NCBI GenBank assembly: GCA_943787795.1
Contig: CALSNU010000002.1
Location: 704,001 to 768,000 of the forward strand
Source: an uncultured bacterium
Lineage (GTDB): Bacteria > Planctomycetota > UBA1135 > GCA-002686595
Reading direction: 5' to 3'
DNA length: 64,000 nucleotides
Shown: one piece after another, positions 19,941 to 29,510 of the stretch
How the letters are laid out: the number at the start of each line of letters is the position of its first letter
Position numbering within the stretch: position 1 is the first letter of the stretch
Made by a program: the position numbers and the translations under genes
The notes under the pieces: generated by a model
Databases searched by the model: none
Seen by the model: only the letters and a program-made list of their open reading frames with translations
What the model was told of the DNA's origin: nothing

Positions 19941-20005
19941 GGGGTCGAGGCTATCGGGGTCTGGCGCGCGCGGCGATAGTAAGCCGTCTCCCCAGGAGGA
20001 CCCCC

Positions 20006-20932
20006 TTGAACCAGATCGCCGCGCTCCTCGCCCTCGCCCCGCTCCTCGCCATGTCTGCCTGCTCCACGACCGCCGCCCGCGCCGGGGACGGACCGTTGAT
20101 CCGGGTGGCGCACCTGGGGTCGGAGGGCGCCGATCCGGAGGGCTTCGCCGCCCTGCGGACCTCTTTCGCCGCGGCGAACCCGGGCTATGACGTGCAGTGG
20201 ACCGAGGACCTCGCGGCCCTGCCCGCGGAGGACAGGGATCGCGTCGCCTTCGTCCAGTCGGGCGATCCCGCCAGCGAGGCCCTCGGGGTGGGGGACGTCG
20301 TGCTGCTCCGTCCGGGCCAGTCCCACGCCGCGCCCCAGGGCTGCCGCGCCGTGGTGTTCGCGGTCCCCGAGCCGCTCCCCGCGGAGCTGCCCGCGGTGAT
20401 CCGGCCGGACTGGGACGAGAACATCACCGATACGCCTGGCGGCTGCGCTGAGGAGACGGGCGCCTATCGGCGGATCCTGCTCACCTGGCTCCCCACGGTC
20501 GGCCCCTACGTCTACCGGGCGCTCAACTGCCATCGGGTGCGCATCACCGACTCCTTCGCCCACTACCACCCGTTGGTTGGGGGCTTCGACGAGTTCTACC
20601 TGGTGCAGATGGTGCAGCCCGGCGCGGTCCTCTACACGAGCACCAAGGTGGCGCGCATGGAGGATCCGGGGTCGGTGACCGCGGACGAGGCGGCGGTGAT
20701 GATCGACCGGCATGAGCTGGCGGTCGGCGACCTGGTCTACCTGCCCAGGGGCACCATGCACCGGGGCTTCGGCGGCGTCCTCGCCCAGATCATCACCACG
20801 CCCGGCTTCAAGCCGGGGGCCGAGATCGGGCTCGACCACCACCTCAAGGCGATCAACGACCGCCTCGCCCTCGAGGGTAAGGCCGCGCTGCCCTACCGCG
20901 AGAAGTCCGCGGGTCGCGCGGTGGTCAAGTAG
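20006..20932 (+). CDS. Lipoprotein with cupin-like domain
   Basis: Lipobox AMSAC; HYHP...DEFYLV and GDLVYLPRGTMHRG cupin motifs. Confidence 0.7.
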   Translation: MNQIAALLALAPLLAMSACSTTAARAGDGPLIRVAHLGSEGADPEGFAALRTSFAAANPGYDVQWTEDLAALPAEDRDRVAFVQSGDPASEALGVGDVVLLRPGQSHAAPQGCRAVVFAVPEPLPAELPAVIRPDWDENITDTPGGCAEETGAYRRILLTWLPTVGPYVYRALNCHRVRITDSFAHYHPLVGGFDEFYLVQMVQPGAVLYTSTKVARMEDPGSVTADEAAVMIDRHELAVGDLVYLPRGTMHRGFGGVLAQIITTPGFKPGAEIGLDHHLKAINDRLALEGKAALPYREKSAGRAVVK

Positions 20933-20942
20933 CCGGGACGCC

Positions 20943-22202
20943 TCAGCGCCCGGTCGGCGCCGCGGCCCCGGCGGCCCCGGCGGCCGGGCGCTCGAGCTCG
21001 ACGAAGGCCCGCCAGACCGCGTCGTCCCCGTCCAGCGCGCGCGGCGGCAGCGGGTGGGAGGCGGTCGTGGCCGTGAGCTGGCTGCGGTCCAGGACCGTCA
21101 AAGGGCCCTCGAGGAGGAGCCCGTCGCGTCCCAGCATGGCGGCCCGGTCCAGGCCGAGCGCGTCCGCGAGGAAGGCGACCACCGCGCGGCGCTTGCTCGG
21201 GCCGTAGTCGTGCTGCTCGTCGGCGAAGTGGGCGTTGTTCACCGCCTCGGGCGCGCCCAGGGCGCGGTACACGTCGCGCAGGTAGGGATACTCCACCTGG
21301 GGCGTGTTGCGGGTCCAGTCGCCTCCCACGGACACGAGCAGCTGCGGGCGCGGCGCGGCGAGGGCCGCGAACTCGACGTTGCTGATGCGCAGACGCGGCC
21401 CCTGTGCGTCCGCGGGGACGTCATGGACGGGCAGGCCGGACTCGCAGTCGCAGCCGCCGAAGAAGTGGGCGGAGACCATGACCACCGGGGCGCACACGCC
21501 GATGCGCGGGTCGAGGGCGGTGGCGAGGAAGGTCTGGGTGCCGCCGCCGGAGGAGCCGGTCATGGCCACGCGGTCCGGGTCCACGTCGAGGTGCTCTAGG
21601 GCGGCGTCGAGGATCCGCATGGAGTTGAAGGTCTGCAGCGCCGTGGTCTCCGGCCGCCGGTGGGTGACCTGGTGGGACTCGCCCCAGCCCATCATGTCCC
21701 AGGTGATGACCACCGCGCCGCCGCGAGCGAGCAGCCCCGCCAGGCGCTGGACGTCCCCCTGGAAGCGACCCTCGGGGTCCGTGTCCGTGCCTCGAAAGTG
21801 GCCGTGGCTCCGCAGGACCAGGGGGCGGGGGCCCTCGCTGGCGGCGGGCTCGTAGACGTTGGCGTGCACGAACAGGCCCGGCAGGGTCTCGAAGCGCACG
21901 TTCGACACGGCGTAGCCGTCCAGCGCCCGCTGGCCCGTGGTCTTGACGCCCACCTCTCCCGCCGCGGGGAACGGATCGAGCCGCAGCATCTTCGCCAGGT
22001 GTCGGCGGATGCGCCCGGACCGCGCCTCCCAGGAGCCCCGGTCCGACCAGGTCCCGCGCGCCTCGGCCAGCGCCCGGGCTCCGACCTTGTCGCCCACGTC
22101 GTGGGGTCCGGGCCACGGGTCGTCCTGGGCCGCGGGGGCCGCGCTCAACAGCAGCGCGACGATCCCGGCGGCGGGCGCGAGGCGTCGTCGGCGTGCGGTC
22201 AT
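20943..22202 (-). CDS. Alpha/beta hydrolase, acetylxylan esterase-like
   Basis: VAMTGSSGGGTQTF, PVVMVSAHFFGGCDCESG, APRPQL, HDYG; start 22202 or 22226. Confidence 0.85.
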   Translation of the reverse strand: MTARRRRLAPAAGIVALLLSAAPAAQDDPWPGPHDVGDKVGARALAEARGTWSDRGSWEARSGRIRRHLAKMLRLDPFPAAGEVGVKTTGQRALDGYAVSNVRFETLPGLFVHANVYEPAASEGPRPLVLRSHGHFRGTDTDPEGRFQGDVQRLAGLLARGGAVVITWDMMGWGESHQVTHRRPETTALQTFNSMRILDAALEHLDVDPDRVAMTGSSGGGTQTFLATALDPRIGVCAPVVMVSAHFFGGCDCESGLPVHDVPADAQGPRLRISNVEFAALAAPRPQLLVSVGGDWTRNTPQVEYPYLRDVYRALGAPEAVNNAHFADEQHDYGPSKRRAVVAFLADALGLDRAAMLGRDGLLLEGPLTVLDRSQLTATTASHPLPPRALDGDDAVWRAFVELERPAAGAAGAAAPTGR

Positions 22203-22426
22203 GAGGGAGGAGGAGGAGCGGCGCATGGGGGATCGGCGACCTCCCAAGGGTAGCGGAGGTCCGTGAGACCGTCGGAGCGGTCCCTGCGGGGGCCGGTATC
22301 CTCGGGAACGGAGCGGCGCGCAGGGGCCGGCTCCCAAGACGTGCAACCCGAGCCCGAGAGCTCCACCCCATGAAGGACACACCCCGACGCGACCTCCGAT
22401 CTGGCCCCGGTCTCCTGCGAAGGGGG

Positions 22427-24301
22427 ATGCGCCTGGGACTGCTCCTGCTCTGCGCCGCGTCGGTCCCGGCCAGCGCCTCCGCGCAGATGCCGAAGGAGGA
22501 CGTGGTGGACGTCCCCGCCGTGGCGGAGGGCCTGTGCGTCAGCAACCTGTTCCAGACGAACATGGTCCTGCAGCGCGATGAGCCCATCGCCCTCTGGGGC
22601 TGGGCCGCTCCGGGGGAGCGCGTCACGGTCATGTTCGGCGGCGCGTCCGCTGCGGCGACGGCGGGCGATGATCGTCGCTGGCGGGTCACGCTCCCCGCGC
22701 AGCCGGCAAGCGCCGAGGCCGCGACCCTCGTGGTCCAGGGCAAGGGCGAGCGGCTCGAGCTCGGGAACGTCCTCGTGGGGGACGTCTGGGTGCTCGGCGG
22801 CCAGAGCAACATGGAGTTCGAGCTCGCCAAGGTGGAGAACGGCGCGCTCGAGATCGCGTCGGCCAACTACGACCAGATCCGGATCCTCACGGTGCCTTAC
22901 GGCAAGAGGGCCGAGCCGCGCATGGGCTTCCCGCGCCTCCACGAGTGGAGCGATTGGTTCGGCCGCCACTTCCGCAAGGGCGACTGGGACGTGTGCACCC
23001 CGCAGGTCGCGAAGGAGCTCTCGGCCATCGGCTACACCTTCGCGCGCCGGGTGCACATGGCCTCGGGCGTGCCCATCGGCGTGATCGACGCCTCGCGCGG
23101 GGGGACGACCGTCGAGTCGTGGACGCCCCGCGAGGTCCTCGACGGCATGTCGAGCGAGACGGTGAAGGCCAAGCTCGCGGACTGGGACCGCAAGCTCGCC
23201 GACTGGGACGCGGAGGCGGACCTCGCGACCCGGGTCCAGCGCCACCAGCAGCGCATGGCGCGCTTCGAGAAGGAGGGCCGCGCGGTGTCCGACAAGGACC
23301 GCGTCCCGCCCGCGGACCTCAAGCCGGGGCCGAAGGCCGACCAGAACCTCCCCGGCGCCTGCTTCGCCGGGATGCTCCAGCCCCTCGCTGGGCTCTCGGT
23401 CAAGGGCGCCATCTTCCACCAGGGCTACAACAACGCTCTGGACGGCATGCGCGGCGTGCGGCTCTACCGCGACGTGTTCCCCGTCATGATCGCCGAGTGG
23501 CGCCGGGCCTTCGGGGACGACCAGATGCCCTTCGGCATCCTCTCCCAGTGCACCGACGGCTACCCCCAGACCCGCGACGACTACCTGGAGAAGATGCTCA
23601 ACGCCGGGATCCATATCCGGGCGGAGCACTACCGGACCTTCCTCGATCTTCACGAGGCGGGGGACCGCAACATTGGCTTCGCGAGCACCTATGACCTGCG
23701 CCGGCGCTGGTACCACCCGCAGGTCAAGGTCCCCGCGGGCGAGCGCATCGCGCGCTGGGCGCTCTCGACCCAGTACGGCTTCGGCCGCCAGCTGCTCTGG
23801 AAGCCGCCGGCCCTCGTGGGGATGTCGGCCAAGGACGGCGCCCTGTTCCTCGAGCTGGACGCCGAGGTGATGGACCCCGAGGACGGCGTGATCGAGGGCT
23901 TCGCCATCGCCGGAGAGGACCGGCGCTTTCAGCCCGCCGAGGTCGCCTACGTGCAGAAGGGCGAAGACGACCGCGGCCGGCCGCGCCTTGACCGCAGACG
24001 TCTGGTCCTCACGAGCCCGCTGGTGGAGGCCCCGGTCCACTTCCGCTACGCCTGGGGCCGCAATCCCATGGGCAACCTCCAGGTCACCGGCAACAAGGAC
24101 CTGCCCTTCGCGACCCAGCGCAGCGACGACTGGGACATGGGCACGGTGCCGCTTGGGGTCCTGGACTCGAAGATCGACGGGGCCATGACCCGCAAGCAGA
24201 AGAACGAGGTGCGGCGCGCGCTCCAGGCGGAGGACGCGCGCCGTCGTGCGGCCGAGGCGGCCGCGCTGCTCGACGCCGCGGGCGGCGACGGGCAGCGCTG
24301 A
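22427..24301 (+). CDS. Sialate O-acetylesterase (SASA) family protein
   Basis: NMVLQRD, VLVGDVWVLGGQSNMEF, VPIGVID.SRGGT.VESW, HQG, RYAW. Confidence 0.88.
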   Translation: MRLGLLLLCAASVPASASAQMPKEDVVDVPAVAEGLCVSNLFQTNMVLQRDEPIALWGWAAPGERVTVMFGGASAAATAGDDRRWRVTLPAQPASAEAATLVVQGKGERLELGNVLVGDVWVLGGQSNMEFELAKVENGALEIASANYDQIRILTVPYGKRAEPRMGFPRLHEWSDWFGRHFRKGDWDVCTPQVAKELSAIGYTFARRVHMASGVPIGVIDASRGGTTVESWTPREVLDGMSSETVKAKLADWDRKLADWDAEADLATRVQRHQQRMARFEKEGRAVSDKDRVPPADLKPGPKADQNLPGACFAGMLQPLAGLSVKGAIFHQGYNNALDGMRGVRLYRDVFPVMIAEWRRAFGDDQMPFGILSQCTDGYPQTRDDYLEKMLNAGIHIRAEHYRTFLDLHEAGDRNIGFASTYDLRRRWYHPQVKVPAGERIARWALSTQYGFGRQLLWKPPALVGMSAKDGALFLELDAEVMDPEDGVIEGFAIAGEDRRFQPAEVAYVQKGEDDRGRPRLDRRRLVLTSPLVEAPVHFRYAWGRNPMGNLQVTGNKDLPFATQRSDDWDMGTVPLGVLDSKIDGAMTRKQKNEVRRALQAEDARRRAAEAAALLDAAGGDGQR

Positions 24302-24316
24302 CCGCAACCCTCGCCG

Positions 24317-25729
24317 TCAGTCGTCGTCCTCCAGGGACAGCTCGTCGGCCGCGCCGGAGATCCCGAGGAAGGGATCCCACTTGGCGTCCACGAAGACCCC
24401 CTCCGCCAGGGCGGCGAAGAACTCGGCCTGGGTGATGACCACGTCGTTCTCGTCCCTGTGGACGGTCATCCCGTCGCTGCGGATCCCCGTCCCGAGGATC
24501 TCGAAGTCGACGGCCCCGCCGATGGTGACGGAGGTCACCGGGCCGCGCAGCCGCGCGTCGGTCTGGGGGTCGTCGCGCTCCAGGCGGCTCGCCACCGGCG
24601 AGGTCCCGTCGAGGAAGCCGCGCACCTGGACGAGGTCGCCCACGGACAGATCCGCCAGGGTGAACGGGTCCACGTTGGCGCTGCTGTCGTCCTCCAGCTC
24701 GGTCTCGGCCCGCACCTCCCACTGGACGCCCAGGACGGTGACCGTGGCGGCCGCGAGGTCGACGGCCTCCACCTCCCACTCCGTCCGGATGGCGCCGGTG
24801 GACTGGATCTCGCAGGTCTCCGCCACGAGGAACCCGTCGGCCGCGATGGCCCCCTTCACCTGGACCTTGACGTTGTCCGCGAGGCTGGAGACGTCGCCGT
24901 TGAGGAAGGTCGTGGCGCCGTCGGTGCGTACGGGGAAGCCGAGGACGCGGAAGTCCGCCGGGCTCGTGAAGTCCGTGATGTAGCCCTCCAGCTCGAGCCG
25001 CGCGCCCGCCTGGCCGCCGAGGCCCTCCACCGGCTCGACCTTGCTGGCCGCGAGGTCCGAGGGCGCCGTGAAGCCGGCCGGGGCGGCCTTGACCTCCACC
25101 CGGTCGCCGTCGGCGACCACGCCGCCGGGCAGGTTGCTCGTGTCCGCGCCGCTGTAGTCCACGGCCAGCCCGCCCAGGTCGAAGGTCGTCCCGGTGGCGT
25201 TGGCCGCCGTCCCCACGACCTTGTACTCGGCGAGCGCGCCCTTGGCCTCGAGGTAGGTGGCGACCACCGACCCGTCCGCGGTCCGCGGCCCGCTCACCTC
25301 GAGCAGGTCGCCGGGCGCGATGAGCTCCAGGGCCGTGCCGTCGACCACCGTCTGGGCGTTCACGCGCACGGTCTGCCCGAGGACCACGAGGGTGCCGAGG
25401 CCGAGCTCGGGGTCGCTCACGATGGCGGAGGTCACCGGCCCCTTGATCTCGGAGCGGTAGGTGAGCGCCGCGGCGACGCCGGTGCTGAAGTCGCCCTGGA
25501 CCTCGACCACCTGACCGACGCGGAGGTCGGACTGCAGGGCGGTGGCGCCGTCCTTGGTGATCGTCGCCCCCGACGTGTCGAAGTGCACGCCGTTCACGAT
25601 GACGCTGCCGAACCCGTCGATGGGGCCGGACGAGAAGCCGGTGGGGACGCCGCCGCTGCCGCTGATCCCGCCGCTGCAGGCGGCGATCAGGAGCGCGAGG
25701 ACCAGGGTCGTGAGTCGTTGGATGGTCAT
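24317..25729 (-). CDS. DUF5666-repeat lipoprotein
   Basis: Lipobox IAAC; GISGSG..SSGPIDGFGSVIVNGVHFD; repeated L..GD.VEV.G units. Confidence 0.85.
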   Translation of the reverse strand: MTIQRLTTLVLALLIAACSGGISGSGGVPTGFSSGPIDGFGSVIVNGVHFDTSGATITKDGATALQSDLRVGQVVEVQGDFSTGVAAALTYRSEIKGPVTSAIVSDPELGLGTLVVLGQTVRVNAQTVVDGTALELIAPGDLLEVSGPRTADGSVVATYLEAKGALAEYKVVGTAANATGTTFDLGGLAVDYSGADTSNLPGGVVADGDRVEVKAAPAGFTAPSDLAASKVEPVEGLGGQAGARLELEGYITDFTSPADFRVLGFPVRTDGATTFLNGDVSSLADNVKVQVKGAIAADGFLVAETCEIQSTGAIRTEWEVEAVDLAAATVTVLGVQWEVRAETELEDDSSANVDPFTLADLSVGDLVQVRGFLDGTSPVASRLERDDPQTDARLRGPVTSVTIGGAVDFEILGTGIRSDGMTVHRDENDVVITQAEFFAALAEGVFVDAKWDPFLGISGAADELSLEDDD

Positions 25730-25751
25730 GGATTCGATGGTGGTTTGCCGG

Positions 25752-26615
25752 TCAGTTCTGCACCGGTCCGGGAACGGCAGGTTCCCCCGGACGGCTCTCG
25801 TCGTGCGGGCTCTCACCCACGATCTGGAACGCCCCGAGTCCGAGGCTCATCCTCCGTTCCTCGTCCGCGGGGTGCTTCCCGCGGTCGCGCTCGGAGAGCC
25901 AGCGGTCGAGGTCCTCGAGGAGCGCCTGGGTGCGCTCCGCCGAGTAGCGAAGGAAGTCGTCCGCGCACCCTGCGGGCACGTTGTCGTACTTCACCTTGCT
26001 CTGGTACCTGCGCGCGCCAGGAGCGGCCTGCAGGTTGTGGTCGATGCTCTCCAGGAGCTCCGCCGTGTCAGTGCCGAGGATCCGGATGATCTCCGCCGGA
26101 TCCTTCGCCGGGACGTAGCCTCGCGCGGTCATCCGCAACTGGCCGGACACCTCCTCGAGGGCGCCGGCGGCGAGAAGCTCCTCCGCGATGGAGCGGGGCT
26201 TCATGTCTCCGCTGTGTCGCTTGCAGAGCTCGGTGAAGCTCCGCTCACCGGAGAGTGGGAGCGGGCGCGGGGTCCCGTCAGCGGCGTGGAAGTCAGGATC
26301 GCGGAGCCATGCCCCGAGGACGCTCGCGGCTCGATTCCGCCGCTCCTCGGGCGCGGGCACGGTCACCCCTCGCTCCCTGAGCAACCTCGAGACCTCCTTG
26401 CGGTGGAGTCCGGTGAGCACCGAGACACGGGCCTGGGTCGGCGGCTTGCCGTCGAGGCCGAACTCGTCGTGGGCCACGTGCACGAAGGTTCGGCGCACTA
26501 CCTCGGTCACAGCGTCACACGCCACCCCGTTCCGCAGGAGGACGCGGACGAGCGGTCGGAGGATCCGCGCAGCGGCCCCTAGCAGGGCTCCTTGGGAGTC
26601 GGGTCGAGCGTTCAT
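25752..26615 (-). CDS. DUF6502 family protein
   Basis: ILRPLVRVLLRNGV, RVSVLTGLHRKEVSR, VLGAW..DPDF, IDHNL; usual position upstream of DUF5666. Confidence 0.85.
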   Translation of the reverse strand: MNARPDSQGALLGAAARILRPLVRVLLRNGVACDAVTEVVRRTFVHVAHDEFGLDGKPPTQARVSVLTGLHRKEVSRLLRERGVTVPAPEERRNRAASVLGAWLRDPDFHAADGTPRPLPLSGERSFTELCKRHSGDMKPRSIAEELLAAGALEEVSGQLRMTARGYVPAKDPAEIIRILGTDTAELLESIDHNLQAAPGARRYQSKVKYDNVPAGCADDFLRYSAERTQALLEDLDRWLSERDRGKHPADEERRMSLGLGAFQIVGESPHDESRPGEPAVPGPVQN

Positions 26616-26858
26616 GGGTCTGCCATCACCTTCGACCATCGTTGGGCTAGTGGGGGAAATTATTCCCCCAATAGTCGCCGGAGGTTCATAAAGGGACGCC
26701 GGGGGGCCTGTCGCGGGCCTCAAGGGGTCTTCAGGGGCTCGAATTGGAGGTGCACGGGCGCCGACCGGCGGGGAAGATCGTGGATCCGCGTCATGATCCA
26801 TGGCGCCCTCCTCAAGGACGCCCCCCTGAGCCCGTCGCCACCGCTGGCGCAGGAACCC

Positions 26859-28055
26859 GTGACAGAGCCCACCCTCGACCTCGACCGCTGGCGGCGGCGC
26901 CTCTCCAACGAGCTGTGGGGGAGTGTGGTGCCCTTCTGGATGGAGCACTCCCTGGATCGGGAGCTCGGCGGCTACTTCAACCTGCTCGATCGAGACGGCG
27001 GGCGCTTCGGCGACGACAAGCACGTCTGGCTTCAGGGCCGTCAGGTGTGGATGCTCTCGAAGCTCTTCGGGGACGGAGGGGATGAGCGACACCTGGAGGC
27101 CGCGCGGCTCGGCGCCGAGTTCCTGCGCGAGCACGCGGTGGGGCCCGACGGGCGGGCCTACTTCCAGCTCCGCCGCGACGGCGCGCCGGTGGGGATCCAG
27201 CGGAAGATCTTCTCGGAGTGCTTCCTCGTGATGGCCTACGCGGAGTACGCCCGGGCCAGCGGCGACGCCACCTATCGCGTCCTCGCCCTGGAGCTCTTTG
27301 ACCGGGTCCTGGCTCTCGTGGACGATCCCACGCCCCTGGGGCGCCCGGTCCTCGCCGGTCAGCGGCCGGCCCAGGACCTCTCGGTCCCGATGATCCTCCT
27401 GAACCTCGTGGCGGAGTTGCGCGGTGCGCCGGGCTCCGACACCTTCGCGGATCGGCCCGACTACGACGACATCGAGCGTCGCTGCGTGGCGCGGATGCTC
27501 CTGCACTTCGACCGGGGGCGCGGCCTGGTCCGGGAGCAGGTGGCGCCGGACGGGACGCCCATCGACGCGCCCGAGGGTCGGCTCCTCAACCCCGGGCACG
27601 CGGTGGAGGCGGCCTGGTTCCTGGCCGAGGTCGCGCACCGAGTCGGGGACGCGGGCCTGGAGGCGGACGCCTTCGCCATGATGGAGGGGGCCCTGGACGC
27701 GGGGTGGGACGCCGAGCACGGCGGCCTCCTCTACTTCCTCGACGCGGACGGCTTCAGCCCCACCCAGCTCGAGTGGTCCATGAAGCTGTGGTGGCCCCAC
27801 TGCGAGGCCATGATCGGCACGCTCATGGCGTGGCGGCGCACCGGGGAAGCGCGCTGGTGGGAGAGCTTCGACCGCATCGCGACCTGGACCATGGACCGCT
27901 TCCCCGACCCCGAGCACGGAGAGTGGTTCGGCTACCTCACCCGCGAGGGCGAGGTCTCGCAGCGCTTCAAGGCGGGCCCGTACAAGGGCTTCTTCCACGT
28001 GCCCCGCGCCCTGTGGATGTGCGAGCGGTTGCTTGGTGCAGCGGGCACCGAGTGA
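26859..28055 (+). CDS. N-acylglucosamine 2-epimerase (AGE) family
   Basis: VVPFW..HSLD...GGYF, DKHVWLQGRQVW, NPGHAVEAAWF, KLWWPH.EA, KGFFHVPR. Confidence 0.92.
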   Translation: MTEPTLDLDRWRRRLSNELWGSVVPFWMEHSLDRELGGYFNLLDRDGGRFGDDKHVWLQGRQVWMLSKLFGDGGDERHLEAARLGAEFLREHAVGPDGRAYFQLRRDGAPVGIQRKIFSECFLVMAYAEYARASGDATYRVLALELFDRVLALVDDPTPLGRPVLAGQRPAQDLSVPMILLNLVAELRGAPGSDTFADRPDYDDIERRCVARMLLHFDRGRGLVREQVAPDGTPIDAPEGRLLNPGHAVEAAWFLAEVAHRVGDAGLEADAFAMMEGALDAGWDAEHGGLLYFLDADGFSPTQLEWSMKLWWPHCEAMIGTLMAWRRTGEARWWESFDRIATWTMDRFPDPEHGEWFGYLTREGEVSQRFKAGPYKGFFHVPRALWMCERLLGAAGTE

Positions 28056-28064
28056 TCCTGGCGC

Positions 28065-29438
28065 CTAGCGGATCACGTGCCACTTGGTCTGGCGGCCGCC
28101 GATGTAGCGCACGGTCTTGCCGTCAAACCAGGCGTCCTGCTCGAGCTTGATCTGCACGGGCTGCCCGCCCCATGCGGAGCAGGGCACGGTGACGTTGCCC
28201 TCGATGGCGTAGCAGGTGCCCGCGCGCAGGCGCCAGTCGCCCTTGATGGGGGTGGGGCCCTGGTTGTCCCACATGCCGATGGTGGGACCGGCGGCGTGGC
28301 CGTGGAAGCCCACGGGGTGGGTGTAGACCGAGCAGGAGATCCCCTCGGCCTCGGCGAGCCGCCGGGTCTCGGCGAGCACGTCGTTGCCCGTCCGGCCCTG
28401 GGTGAACGATCCCGTCAGGAGGTCCTGCCAGCGGTTGCCCACCGCCATCGCTTCCTTGAGGGCGTCCGGTACGCCCTCCTCGCCGATCTTGAGCACGTAG
28501 GCCATCTCCTGGGTGTCGGTGCAGAGCCGCAGGTAATGGATGCCCACGTCGGTGTGGAGCACGTCCCCGCGCCGGATGACCTGGTGCTCCACGCCGTAGA
28601 AGCTGGAGCCATCCGGGGGCACGAGGCCCTCGCGCTGCACGTTGCAGTAGGGCATGAACCAGACCGGGAGGCCGAGGTCGGTGAAGCGCTGGCGGAGGAA
28701 CCAGGCCACGTCGTCGGTGGTGGTGACGCCGGGGGTGATCGCGTCGCTGGAGAAGGCGTCCCGGATGGCGCCCCGCGCCAGCAGCATGAGCTGCGGGTAG
28801 ACCTCCATCTCCATCGCGGTCCGGGTCTCCAGCCAGCGGATACAGAGCGGCTCGGCGGGGACCATGCGTGCCCGCAGCGTCTCGGGCAGCGCCACCTCAA
28901 GCCGTGCCCGCAGGCCCGAGCTGAGGCCGTCGCCCACCGCCCAGTGCTCCGACGTGTTGACGCCGATCGCCCGCGGGTTCCGCTCGGCGATCACTTCCGC
29001 GAGGCGCGCCCACTGCTCGTCGAGGGAGCCCCCGTCCCAGGCCGTCTCGTACAGGTCCCCGAGGCCGTAACGGCTCACCGTCAGCCGCTCCACGCCCTCA
29101 TCCACGCCGCGGTCGTGGAAGACCAGCATGGTGGTGCGGCGGGCGGCGAAGACGGGCGCGGGCACCAGGGTCAGGTAGACCGGGTCCTCCGCGTACTCGC
29201 GGTTGATCACGACCCACATGTCGATCCCCGACTCACGCATCAGCCGCGGGAGCAGGTTCTCCAGCCGGTCCTCGAGCATGCGATTCACGGCCTCGGCGCG
29301 AGCTCGCTCGGGCAGCACGGCGGGCGTGCCTGGAACGGTATAGCCCTGGTTCCAGAGGTCCTGGACGTCCTGGGCCTGGGGGCCCGCGGTCGGGGCGGGC
29401 GCGGAGAGCGTGGCGTGGAGCAGGAGGGCGGTGATCAT
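28065..29438 (-). CDS. M24 family metallopeptidase (Xaa-Pro aminopeptidase-like), secreted
   Basis: GDVLHTDVG, TDTQEMAY, YTHPVGFHGHAAGP, AIEGN, KLEQD. Confidence 0.88.
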   Translation of the reverse strand: MITALLLHATLSAPAPTAGPQAQDVQDLWNQGYTVPGTPAVLPERARAEAVNRMLEDRLENLLPRLMRESGIDMWVVINREYAEDPVYLTLVPAPVFAARRTTMLVFHDRGVDEGVERLTVSRYGLGDLYETAWDGGSLDEQWARLAEVIAERNPRAIGVNTSEHWAVGDGLSSGLRARLEVALPETLRARMVPAEPLCIRWLETRTAMEMEVYPQLMLLARGAIRDAFSSDAITPGVTTTDDVAWFLRQRFTDLGLPVWFMPYCNVQREGLVPPDGSSFYGVEHQVIRRGDVLHTDVGIHYLRLCTDTQEMAYVLKIGEEGVPDALKEAMAVGNRWQDLLTGSFTQGRTGNDVLAETRRLAEAEGISCSVYTHPVGFHGHAAGPTIGMWDNQGPTPIKGDWRLRAGTCYAIEGNVTVPCSAWGGQPVQIKLEQDAWFDGKTVRYIGGRQTKWHVIR

Positions 29439-29510
29439 GGCTGGGTGGGCTGGGGTCCGCCCCATCCTGCCACGATCCGCGCGACCCGCTCCCCGGCTTC
29501 TTCCCCCTCG

